DNA of 64,000 nucleotides from Candidatus Bathyarchaeota archaeon (GTDB lineage: Archaea > Thermoproteota > Bathyarchaeia > 40CM-2-53-6), in NCBI GenBank assembly GCA_963733055.1, contig CAVTBR010000001.1, positions 224,001-288,000 of the forward strand, in the 5' to 3' direction. The notes under the pieces are model-generated. The model saw nothing but the letters and a program-made list of their open reading frames with translations. It did no database searches and had not been told where the DNA came from. Shown piece after piece: positions 8,140-17,570 of the stretch. The first letter of the stretch is position 1, and every line of letters begins with the position of its first letter. Both the position numbers and the translations under genes were made by a program.

Positions 8140-9303
8140 TCAGACGTTGGTCTTCGAACGGGTCAACAATTCGAAATCGTGCTTGCTTATCCGACGCGTT
8201 CCGATTACAAACCATCCCCAAGCCTGATTCGGGTCTCTATCCCTGAAAGCTTCTAACTGATTTCGGAGCGCAGCATCGATGACTACTGGATTCTGAATGT
8301 AGAGCTGCGGGCCACTAAGAGCAAACGAGTATGGATATTCTTCCGGATGTCGCACTTTTGGATGCGCTTTCTTCTCAGGTTTCGTTAAGACTTTGGCATG
8401 AGCAACAACGCCGATCGCACTAGCATAGAAGCAAATCCAATCATCCGGCTTCAGGTCTTTTCTTCCCGGAGTTCTTTCACCGAAGGCGAACACCTTGTGT
8501 TCACCCACCAGTTCCTTGATCTCACCCTCCGCTGATTGCGCCTCATAGGATTTCACAGGAGAGAGCCAGTACGAGGCTTCACCAGCTTCCGACGGAATAG
8601 TCGGTGAAGCTTGAGGTAATTCGGCTGGTTCGGCAATTAGACCCTTCATTATGTCGACTGCGGGGTCGATTCGGGGAGTAGGACGCAGCAACTCTAGGAT
8701 TTTTTCATCGTCAAGTTCGTACTCCTCCTTTAGCTCGGCGAGAGACAGCAGAGACTCGACGGAGATGATTCGCAACCTATCTGAGTTCTTCTCAGCAAGT
8801 ATATTCTTTTCAATTTGACGAACTTCCGGGTCGGGACGCCCGACTACGTACAAACCCAACGCATCATTCGAGCTGGAAATCTTCTTTTCGGAAATGAGGT
8901 CGTTCATGTAGTTTAGAAGGGAAGCGGTCTTAATTGGGTGCGACTCGCTAGTCTTCACTTCTAGGACAATGGCGAACCCTGATGCGGACCTCCAAAGTCC
9001 GTCGTAACCAATTTGTCCTGGAACGCCCATGTAGCGTCCAAATTCAACTTCTTTGAATCCCAGAAATTGTCCGGCGTGTGTTACGAGGTCTTGAAGTGCA
9101 CGATTGAATCGAGTGTGAGTTCTCTTGTCTTTCTCCGCGGCGCTGAGTCTAAGGCATTCGTCGATGTAATCTCGAACTTGACCGACCTCCACAACGCTTC
9201 CCTTTAGGAAATTCAGAAATCGTCCACGGGCAGTGTCCTCACCTGAGGAATCGTCGAGTGTTCCAAGCAGTTCTAGAATGACCTTTAGACTGGTCGAACT
9301 CAT
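8140..9303 (-). CDS. PD-(D/E)xK restriction-like nuclease fused to a C-terminal EVE-like domain
   Basis: GYDGLW..IVLEVKTS nuclease motif; EVE-like YWLSP..LKPDDWICFYAS..GVVAHAKV..RRISKHDFELL. Confidence 0.7.
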   Translation of the reverse strand: MSSTSLKVILELLGTLDDSSGEDTARGRFLNFLKGSVVEVGQVRDYIDECLRLSAAEKDKRTHTRFNRALQDLVTHAGQFLGFKEVEFGRYMGVPGQIGYDGLWRSASGFAIVLEVKTSESHPIKTASLLNYMNDLISEKKISSSNDALGLYVVGRPDPEVRQIEKNILAEKNSDRLRIISVESLLSLAELKEEYELDDEKILELLRPTPRIDPAVDIMKGLIAEPAELPQASPTIPSEAGEASYWLSPVKSYEAQSAEGEIKELVGEHKVFAFGERTPGRKDLKPDDWICFYASAIGVVAHAKVLTKPEKKAHPKVRHPEEYPYSFALSGPQLYIQNPVVIDAALRNQLEAFRDRDPNQAWGWFVIGTRRISKHDFELLTRSKTNV

Positions 9304-9622
9304 ACTTTCACTTCGAGTATGACCGCTCTCATATATCGTAAGGATTGAGTTAACCGTTTTGACAGATATCTGGCTCTGTTAACGTTCAGGCCAACTTGGT
9401 TCGAGCGATCGACCGAGCCGACTTAGAAGCGCATAACCTACGATGGTTCCTCAATTCTGCCTAACCGTCACCGTCACCACTTCAAACGCCTTTTGTATTC
9501 GTCCCAAGACCGTAGCGCTAACGCGAGTAGTTCTCCGTGTAGTAGCCGCGAGTATGATAACAACACTAGGCACCCGCGTCGAATCAAAAGACACAACTCC
9601 ATGCGCGACTGATAGTAGGAGC

Positions 9623-10099
9623 ATGGATTCTGCACCCACCCTAGACGATGCGATTCTCTTTGCCGCGCAGAAGCATCATGGCAAGAGAGACAAGGTCGGA
9701 CCCTACATACTTCACGTGCTTTCTGTCATGTTTCGGCTGGGGTCTGATGAAGAACGCATGGCCGGTGTCTTGCATGACATCGTTGAAGAGACGGATGTTA
9801 CTCTCGAGCAATTGAAGGAACTTGGGTATCCAGATCGTATCGTTGAGGCCATTGATCTTCTCACGTGGCGCAAGGAGCAGGAATCCTATGAGCAGCATAT
9901 TCAGAGATTGAAACCGAATCCACTCGCGGCAAGCGTGAAGAGAGCTGACCTCGAAGATCATCTCACACCCATTATCGGTGGTGGAGGGACTTGGCTCGAA
10001 GAGAACTATCCTAACCTCTACGAGAGATACCAGAAAGCCCTGCAAGAACTAGGCCAAAGGTCTTCCAACCCTACCCGAAGTGCCGAAGTCTGGTACTGA
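9623..10099 (+). CDS. HD-domain hydrolase, Mesh1/SpoT-like small alarmone hydrolase type
   Basis: AILFAAQKHHG..PYILH..AGVLHDIVEE..VKRADLEDH; AGGAG RBS before the ATG at 9623. Confidence 0.8.
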   Translation: MDSAPTLDDAILFAAQKHHGKRDKVGPYILHVLSVMFRLGSDEERMAGVLHDIVEETDVTLEQLKELGYPDRIVEAIDLLTWRKEQESYEQHIQRLKPNPLAASVKRADLEDHLTPIIGGGGTWLEENYPNLYERYQKALQELGQRSSNPTRSAEVWY

Positions 10100-10148
10100 A
10101 ATACAGAATGCGAGATTCTATAGGGAAGCGTGCCAGAAGAACGAACCG

Positions 10149-10818
10149 TCAATCTTCGCTACTGTTTTGCCTCATCCCAGCAGGATCGAATCTTGTGTTT
10201 CGGAGAATAGAGTACAGCGACTTGCTTTGCAGTGGGCCTCTCAACTCGTAAATGTCGGGGTTATGAGGGGATACAGTGAAGCCGTATTCGATCAAGATGT
10301 GGCGAACGGCATCTTCATCAAGCGTCCATGGCTCCTTCCGATTGTTGAAAATTACCTTGAAGTTGAGGACGGTCACTTTGTTAGTGCCGGGCGTTAGAAG
10401 GCTAATGGTGACAAGCTCATGCAGTCCATTCTTCAAGTACTTGACATCTTCAATAGCGCCGGCCAGCAGGCTACCTTGGTTAGCCTTCGCATACTCTTCC
10501 ATCTGCCTTGATGGCTCATCATTTTTCCCGCTGAAGAAGAACGCGTGGGTTTTCCCTTGCTGAGCTTCCTCGGATGGAGGCATGACGCGTCTAATTTCAC
10601 CGCTAGGGCTCTTGATGTACACTCTGTCCTGTATTCCACCTGGACCTTGTCCCCCGGAGTCAGAGGAGGGCTGCAACTCCTCGAGCCTCTTGAGTTTCCT
10701 GTAAGCTGCATGGGCAGCTGCGTATTCGCTGAAATACCCGCCCAGTCGAACCATTTGCGCGTCAATATCGAAAGCGTCCTTGCTGAAGACTTCCCATTGC
10801 TTCTTGATTAGTTACCAT
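10149..10818 (-). CDS. Hypothetical protein (start probably at 10818, with a 1-nt frameshift)
   Basis: 201-aa ORF; the frame is open upstream (LIKKQWEVFSKDAFDIDAQ) to an ATG one base out of frame. Confidence 0.55.
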
Positions 10819-11003
10819 AAGAATTCTATCAATAGGCTTGAAAGCAAAGAAACAGATTACCGGAATAATCAGTGAAGTCAGGTTTGCCCTGCTGTTTTCG
10901 TGAGATTTTAGTTGATTAATGGCTTAGGGCTTGCATCATCACTAGTCTTTGGTGAATCATTCTCAGATAGATAGGATTCTTATTTGCATGATAAAGAGTA
11001 GAT

Positions 11004-12338
11004 GTGGACGCGCTGCCTTTGGTCAGTCTAACATTCTACGGCGGAGTTGGAGAGATCGGCGGCAACAAGATCCTCCTAGAAGATAAGGATACGAAGATCC
11101 TCCTCGATTTCGGAATGAACTTTGCTGGACGCTCGAAATTCTACTCAGAGCCTTTCCTAGCGCCACGCAACGAGAGAGGACTCGTTGAATTAGGTCTATT
11201 ACCAAACATACCTGGAGCGTACAGATTCGAGGAAACTCAACCCGACATAGACGCCGTCTTCCTATCCCATTCTCACACAGATCATTCATCCTACATCACA
11301 TTCCTCAACCGGCAAATTCCAATCTACTGCGGCGAAACTACGGCAACAATCATACAAGGATTCAATGAGATCACGCCGAAAAGCTTCGACAACGACCTCG
11401 AAGGACTACAATTCAGAACATTCCGCACCGGAGACAAAGTCAAAGTTGGATCAGTGGAAGTTGAACCAATCCACGTCGACCATTCAGTCCCAGGCGCGTA
11501 TGGATTCATTATTCACACAACTGAAGGCGCAGTAATCTACTCCGGAGACTTCCGAATACATGGCACCAAATCTGAAATGACCCATGACTTCGTAAACGCC
11601 GCTGCTGAAAGCAGACCCATAGCTATGCTCTGCGAAGGAACGAACCTAATCGGAGCCGATTTCTCAACTGAGAAGGAAGTCAACGAAAAGATAGACAAAG
11701 TGGTCAGCACGTCACAGAATCTAGTGCTTGCCAGCTTTCGTCACACGGACGTTGATCGTACCAGGACTCTTTATGAAGTCGCCAAACGTAACCAACGTAA
11801 ACTCGCCATTTCTCTTAGACAGGCGTACATGCTGAACAAACTTAAGGAAGATAAGCATCTGGACCTACCGTCAGTTGCCTCGAACGATTTTCTAATCTTC
11901 AAACGAGAGAAGAAGTCGTACTACAAGTGGGAGAAGACCATTCTAGATTTCCCAAACGTAGTAGACGCGCAAGAGGTAAAACGAATGCAAAGTCACTTAA
12001 TCCTTGCAACCGGCTTCTCTGATCTGAAGGAGTTGGTGGATATGAAGCCCAAATCTGGGAGCACTTTCATCTTATCCACATCCGAACCCTTCAACGAGGA
12101 GATGGAGATCGAGTATGACAAGTTCGTGAATTGGCTCGACCACTTCGGCCTTCCCATGTTTCATATTCATTGCTCTGGTCACATAATGCCAACCGAGATG
12201 AGACAGGCGGTCGCCGAGATTGCTCCGCGCAAATTACATCCCATCCACACTGAACATCCAGAATTATTCGCACGATTCGTATCCGGCCTGACTGACGTGG
12301 AATTGCCTGTAAAAGGTAGGCCACAACAGATTCAATAA
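11004..12338 (+). CDS. MBL-fold beta-CASP nuclease (RNase J-like)
   Basis: FYGGVGEIGGNKI, LSHSHTDH, VDHSVPG, YSGDFR, HCSGH, PIHTE. Confidence 0.9.
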   Translation: MDALPLVSLTFYGGVGEIGGNKILLEDKDTKILLDFGMNFAGRSKFYSEPFLAPRNERGLVELGLLPNIPGAYRFEETQPDIDAVFLSHSHTDHSSYITFLNRQIPIYCGETTATIIQGFNEITPKSFDNDLEGLQFRTFRTGDKVKVGSVEVEPIHVDHSVPGAYGFIIHTTEGAVIYSGDFRIHGTKSEMTHDFVNAAAESRPIAMLCEGTNLIGADFSTEKEVNEKIDKVVSTSQNLVLASFRHTDVDRTRTLYEVAKRNQRKLAISLRQAYMLNKLKEDKHLDLPSVASNDFLIFKREKKSYYKWEKTILDFPNVVDAQEVKRMQSHLILATGFSDLKELVDMKPKSGSTFILSTSEPFNEEMEIEYDKFVNWLDHFGLPMFHIHCSGHIMPTEMRQAVAEIAPRKLHPIHTEHPELFARFVSGLTDVELPVKGRPQQIQ

Positions 12339-12537
12339 TGTGGGAAAAAACTCCACTATGAAAACGCCTACTCATCCAGAATATAGGAGATCAACCAACC
12401 TAGTGATGGTGATGAAGCAAGGCGAGAAGGAAACCTATGCTCGCTGGGGTTTAGCACCTGCAAGGTGTTAGTTGGCTCTCTCGGTTTGTAAGCAATTCGT
12501 TTCGTAGTTTCATCTAAGACCCCCTGTCAAGGATGGA

Positions 12538-12639
12538 TGGCACAACACCCTTTTCTACGGCGACAACATCGACATCCTTGAAGCGGTTCATCCCCGGTTT
12601 CGTAGTAGCCAAGTTCTCTGGAAAGGGACTCGATTGTGA
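12538..12639 (+). pseudogene. N-terminal remnant of an N4/N6 DNA methyltransferase
   Basis: Translates WHNTLFYGDNIDILE, then diverges; its stop overlaps the GTG start of the next gene. Confidence 0.5.
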
Positions 12640-14828
12640 ATGAAAAAGAGCTGTCGATGAAGATCAGGGATTACTTGAACAAGACTTCAATGGACATGCA
12701 TCTAAAGTTCATAGACGATTTCTGCGATATCGCGGATGAGAAGAACAGAATCTATATCGAAGTCAAACCCGACCACTTCGCCCCTGCCCAACTACTACAC
12801 GCGATTGCGAGAGAGGGAATCAAGGACGCAGTGTATCTTGGAGTTGCAGATAGCAGCGAAGTTAGATTGTTTGTCCCGCCGCCCTATGTCAAGATTCTTG
12901 CTTTTGCCAATAGCTTCGACCCGACACTTGTTTTCTCAGCCAGTCAAGTCGACAAGCCAGAATTGAACTCTCAAGCTGAGAGAATTCTAGGAAACCCTGA
13001 CAGGGTCATCAAACTCGAATTTTCGTCTGAACAATATCTCTTCATCAACAAGGATAACATGAGCTCTGTCAGGCCAATAACGGACAAGTACAAAATACAT
13101 CTCGATCTTTTAGTTGACTGGCTCGACGGAGTCGGCGAGAAAGATTCCATCAAGGTTAACACCGAAGGCTGGCTTGTGAATATAGACAAGGGAGAAATCT
13201 ATACCAACGAATATACGCAAGAAATAAGGGAACTCACGGAGTTCGGTCGTGGTTATCGCAGACCGAAGTACAATCCGATAAGACCAATTGACAAGTCTTG
13301 GTTTGAATCCCTACGCGTTAAGCACGAAGACCTTGCAGACGTTCTTCATGAGGTGGACCGACTTCTCTCCCGTAAGAAACGACGTGAAAGTGGCGTCTTC
13401 TGGACTGAGGTCGAGATTGGTGATATGCTGGCCGATGAAATATTGAACTTGACAAGACCCGATTACGTCGTTGAGCCTTGTGTGGGCGGCGGGTCTTTGG
13501 TGAAGAACATTGTCCCGCGCGTCAAGGGAACAATGAATGACATTAGTGTTGGGCACGTGGAAAACTGTAGAAGAATATTCGATGGCTACGATTGGAAGTT
13601 CACTACTCTTGATATCGTGCGTCGAGATACTGGCGAGCTAATGAAGGCTTGGGGAGTCCCGTCAGGTAAAACCCTGCTTCTTTACACGAACCCGCCATTT
13701 GGCACAGTATCGACGGGCCAGATTGTATCTAAGAAGAATGAAATGGACGGCAAACCATCGAGACAGCAATCAATCGAGTACCCGCCTGCACTGTTGAAGT
13801 ACGGTAAGGGTGACTTGTTTCTGCCCCTCATTGGACGTCTGATTGAAATTGCCAAGACCCAAGAGAAATGCTACCTGGCATTCTTCTCTCCTTTTGGCCT
13901 ATTCTGCGGCAGGAAGCGTTACCTGAAACTCTTTGGTGCGTTGATGAAGGATTTCAAGTTCCTAAAGGGGCATGTTTTTGCGGGCTACAACTTTCATGAC
14001 ATCAACAAGACTCTGCCAATATCACTAACCATTTGGAAATACTCACCGAACGCCAACACTAAGCACCTTGATCTCGTCTTTGAGTTTCTTGACAAGAGTG
14101 GGGATAGAAAGACTCTGCGTTTCAAGCAGATGACATTGTTGAAGGATGGGTGGAGATACAGGGACGGTAGTAAGTACGTGAAAATCAAGACGAAAGACGC
14201 GATAGGTGCGCCACGTTGTGACAGGTTCAACGCTCCGGAGCCAAAAATATTTGGTGTCGACTTAAAGGAAGGGAGCGGCGCAGAACTCTCGCCTGACAAT
14301 CTCAAGCTCGATAAGATTGCCCTGAAGATTCCAAACGTACCATCAGAGATTGTATACGGACTCTGGAGTGTATCTGTAGGCAAACATGCTTTCGGGACGT
14401 CGTTATCGGTGTCATTGCATCCCATATATTTCGAACAGGCCTACGTTCATCTACCAGACTTCAATAGGAAAGAGACCCTTGAGATTCTGGCATACGCCGC
14501 CTTAGGGGTACTCCTGAAGAACTATGCCGAAGACAGGATTGGCTTCTTCGGAACTAATCGCGTTTTCAGGTTCGGCAACGAGCGGTTGACCAAGGGCGTT
14601 GAACATCTCTTCAAATATTGCAAAGATGCGCCTACATATGACGGTAACACTATTGGCGATGCCTTGGAACTAATCAAACATTCGAAAGTTGACGCTACAA
14701 AACTAAGGAAGAGTCTGAAAGAGGAAGTGTCGAAGCGTCTGATTGCTATTGGCTACTGGGACTTCGTACCTATTCCGCAAGTCACCCTAGATGAATCAAA
14801 TTCCGAGTCCGCACAACAACGACTCTAG
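12636..14828 (+). CDS. Type IIG-like fused restriction endonuclease / adenine methyltransferase
   Basis: N-term CD..IYIEVK nuclease motif; motif X ESGVFWT; motif I VEPCVGGGSL; motif IV TNPPF; long C-terminal specificity region. Confidence 0.8.
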   Translation: MNEKELSMKIRDYLNKTSMDMHLKFIDDFCDIADEKNRIYIEVKPDHFAPAQLLHAIAREGIKDAVYLGVADSSEVRLFVPPPYVKILAFANSFDPTLVFSASQVDKPELNSQAERILGNPDRVIKLEFSSEQYLFINKDNMSSVRPITDKYKIHLDLLVDWLDGVGEKDSIKVNTEGWLVNIDKGEIYTNEYTQEIRELTEFGRGYRRPKYNPIRPIDKSWFESLRVKHEDLADVLHEVDRLLSRKKRRESGVFWTEVEIGDMLADEILNLTRPDYVVEPCVGGGSLVKNIVPRVKGTMNDISVGHVENCRRIFDGYDWKFTTLDIVRRDTGELMKAWGVPSGKTLLLYTNPPFGTVSTGQIVSKKNEMDGKPSRQQSIEYPPALLKYGKGDLFLPLIGRLIEIAKTQEKCYLAFFSPFGLFCGRKRYLKLFGALMKDFKFLKGHVFAGYNFHDINKTLPISLTIWKYSPNANTKHLDLVFEFLDKSGDRKTLRFKQMTLLKDGWRYRDGSKYVKIKTKDAIGAPRCDRFNAPEPKIFGVDLKEGSGAELSPDNLKLDKIALKIPNVPSEIVYGLWSVSVGKHAFGTSLSVSLHPIYFEQAYVHLPDFNRKETLEILAYAALGVLLKNYAEDRIGFFGTNRVFRFGNERLTKGVEHLFKYCKDAPTYDGNTIGDALELIKHSKVDATKLRKSLKEEVSKRLIAIGYWDFVPIPQVTLDESNSESAQQRL

Positions 14829-15030
14829 TCGGGTAGGCGTTGCCCTCTTCGTCGGCGGACTTCTGCTGCTTTGGTCTTGAACTGAGTGGTAGTACGCACC
14901 AGCAATAACACATACTTCCAGGCCGAATTGTTGTTTAATTCGGTTCGCATAGACCAGAACTCCCGTTCGACGCAACGAACTCTATACTATCTCGGGAACA
15001 ATCGATCATCGAACATTTCAGAGAAGGCGA

Positions 15031-15597
15031 CTACCTCTGAATCATTTTCTCTTTCCGTTGCATGCGAAACGCTTTGTTTGCTGTTCCGACGATTGTTCTC
15101 ATAGATCGAGCCGTTGCCGCGCAGTCTACTATGCTACTAACTGTTCCCCATGGGATCCGATTCTTAGCATCCAGCTTGGATCCTACCATGTTCTCCTTCT
15201 TGAGCACAGCGGAATAGAGCTCGTGTTTCTCCAGCACTTTCACCCATTTGCACGCGTTCATTTCATCGGACGAGGGTGGGCGCTCATGAAACAAAGCACC
15301 TATGGTAAAGATATCACCATTAGAACGCACTCTAAACTCCGATTGTTGCACAAACGCTTGGTTGCCTAAAAAGACGCGTTGCGATTCAAGCTCATAAATT
15401 ATCGATCTCAAGTCTTGAGAGCTGACGAGAGCAACGTAGCCTCTTCTGTTAGTCTTGAATCGTCGAGCATCATCAAGGTTTGAAAAAATGTAGTTTCCAG
15501 AAATTCCGAATTTCGCTACAGCTCTCGGAGGCAGCGTGGATCTCTCTTGAACATTCGTTCCGAAATTTCCCACGGCTTGCACAAATGCCACGTACAT
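15031..15597 (-). CDS. Divergent DUF1697-like protein
   Basis: YVAFVQAVGNFG..GISGNYIF..ATARSMRTI resembles the DUF1697 N- and C-terminal motifs. Confidence 0.45.
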   Translation of the reverse strand: MYVAFVQAVGNFGTNVQERSTLPPRAVAKFGISGNYIFSNLDDARRFKTNRRGYVALVSSQDLRSIIYELESQRVFLGNQAFVQQSEFRVRSNGDIFTIGALFHERPPSSDEMNACKWVKVLEKHELYSAVLKKENMVGSKLDAKNRIPWGTVSSIVDCAATARSMRTIVGTANKAFRMQRKEKMIQR

Positions 15598-15757
15598 GCT
15601 AAGACATTGTTGTGTGGTCTATTATTCTATATCGGACTTTTGTTCGGAGCCCTCACATCTTATAAGACAAAGCCGTGTCGTCGCCGTCGTCGAGGCCAAA
15701 TGAAGAAAGGTTTCGATATCCACGACTTCAACCGCAGCTGGGACCTTGCCTCGCAAT

Positions 15758-17539
15758 CTACGAATACACTATTCGCGCCAGTTTCTCCACAATATCTGGA
15801 ATGGTAGTATCTCCGTCATACTTCTCCACAGCTGCATAGGGCTTTCCCAACTTATCCACACTATTTTGAGAGATTCCCAACAACGTTTCGAATTCAGGCG
15901 AGATAGCTTCTATAGCGCCGATATTCGCATCCAATCTTGAACGGATGTTTTGATTCTCATTGAAAAGTCGAGTTGCGTCATGTAGCTTTTGTGAATCTTC
16001 CCTAGCGCCCCCGGGTCGTAGTTCCAGATCAATCGGGTCTTCATCATGAATGACTAAGTACGGTAATTTGAATGCGTTCATAACCCTCATGTAGAGGACA
16101 AGATTGTATTTTGAGTTGCAATCGATGATGCTAATCTTGTAGTCGTAAACCCCAATTCTCTTCGCTAAGAGTGGAAAAACAGCTTTCTCTGTAGCGCCCT
16201 CAACAAGAACGGTCTTTCTTGAGAAAAATAACTCATTGCGGTCGGGATTAAAAAACTGAATCATTTGAAAGCGCTTTTTCTCCTCAACTTCACCTGCCGC
16301 AAATAGGTCCTCTCTTGCACGAAAGCACTTGGTGCCTTCGGTTGGGTTTGTCTTACGAATTAGCACAATATTCCTATAATCCTCTAAACTCACGAAGTGA
16401 GGTGAGTGGCTGCACAGGAAAATTTGGTCGACGGTAGAGATCTGTTTCAGTGCCTGGTAAGTCATTCTACACACTTGCGGATGCAAGAAAAGTTCTGGCT
16501 CCTCAAACGCGAATATGTTGCTTCTTCTCCTGACTTCCGTTTCGGGAGAAATTACCGCCGCCCAAATTCTCATAAGAGCAAACATCAGAGCCCTCTGGAG
16601 ACCATGGCCCTTCTGCGAGATGTCTGATTCGAAACCGTCATCAATCGTGATTCTTGTCGCTAAGGCTAAAACACTCTTGGGGTCTGGCGGTTCAACTCCG
16701 ATCTTAACATTTACGGCCCATCCTGAAAGTTCTTGTACGATATCGCGCTCTAGTTCACGAATCTCATGCATCTTCTGTTCCGGCGTCGGTCCTTCAATTG
16801 CGGATTTCAGGTTCAGTAATGATCGCACGACTTCTTGGTATGATGGATTGTGTTCTGAAATTCGTTCGATTAAAGCACTGACTAAACGTCCCAACAAAGT
16901 AGTGGCCGAAGACGTCTTCGTTTCATCTGCAACATCTCTTACGGCGGGAACTAAATACAGCTCTGGTAAATACCCATCAAGGACTTGCTTGAAACCTGCC
17001 GGGTTCTTCCTAGTTTCGGTGTGATAGGCGACGGTGGCCCGGTTGGCTTCAATATACTGTGTTATCGCATTGGAGTAAGCTTCCTTCGAAATTCTGCCCG
17101 TCGCTGGCAGGTAATTATATAGAGGTAATTGCGACACGGCATCCCGATCATTGTAATGTTCGAAATCTTCACTTAGCCATGACTCATTTGGTACTTGCAT
17201 TAGCGCAGAGTAGTTCGTGGTTGACTTTCCGTCTGCTGCGAGTACATATTCTTTGAGCACGGTGAGCTTACCATTGACGGTCCACGGCCTTAGTTTTTCC
17301 ATCTCCGGTTCGGTGAGGTTCTCGAACAGTGCACTCATTTCGATGGGTTCACTAGTCTCTCTGTTGAAAAAATCATTCGGCTCTACTTTGGACGAACTGC
17401 TAAGGAAAAGATCCAAGGCGTAAAAGAAGTTAGATTTCCCGTGGTTATTTGGCCCGATAAGAACAAGAAAATCTTCAGTGTCTAGTCCCACCGACTTGAT
17501 CGACCTGTATCTTTTGATTTCAAATCGACGAAGTTTCAA
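15758..17539 (-). CDS. OLD-family ATP-dependent nuclease (ABC ATPase + TOPRIM)
   Basis: GPNNHGKS, QKGHGLQRA, FEEPELFLHPQ, SHSPHF, TOPRIM LVEGATE and IHDED. Confidence 0.92.
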   Translation of the reverse strand: MKLRRFEIKRYRSIKSVGLDTEDFLVLIGPNNHGKSNFFYALDLFLSSSSKVEPNDFFNRETSEPIEMSALFENLTEPEMEKLRPWTVNGKLTVLKEYVLAADGKSTTNYSALMQVPNESWLSEDFEHYNDRDAVSQLPLYNYLPATGRISKEAYSNAITQYIEANRATVAYHTETRKNPAGFKQVLDGYLPELYLVPAVRDVADETKTSSATTLLGRLVSALIERISEHNPSYQEVVRSLLNLKSAIEGPTPEQKMHEIRELERDIVQELSGWAVNVKIGVEPPDPKSVLALATRITIDDGFESDISQKGHGLQRALMFALMRIWAAVISPETEVRRRSNIFAFEEPELFLHPQVCRMTYQALKQISTVDQIFLCSHSPHFVSLEDYRNIVLIRKTNPTEGTKCFRAREDLFAAGEVEEKKRFQMIQFFNPDRNELFFSRKTVLVEGATEKAVFPLLAKRIGVYDYKISIIDCNSKYNLVLYMRVMNAFKLPYLVIHDEDPIDLELRPGGAREDSQKLHDATRLFNENQNIRSRLDANIGAIEAISPEFETLLGISQNSVDKLGKPYAAVEKYDGDTTIPDIVEKLARIVYS

Positions 17540-17570
17540 ATGATAAACCTACCAAAATCAAGCAATCTAC

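Noticed and set aside
9443-9622. 60-aa N-terminal extension of the HD ORF and the antisense ORF 9451-9639
   Set aside because: The HD domain begins at ATG 9623, which has its own RBS; the extension shows no recognisable motif
10821-10844. GAATTCTATCAATAGGCTTGAAAG, similar in style to crenarchaeal CRISPR repeats
   Set aside because: No periodic copies; it lies in the promoter region of the 10818 ORF
15031-17539. Gabija or PARIS system
   Set aside because: No UvrD-like GajB or separate AriB-like partner is adjacent; the OLD gene is instead linked to herA
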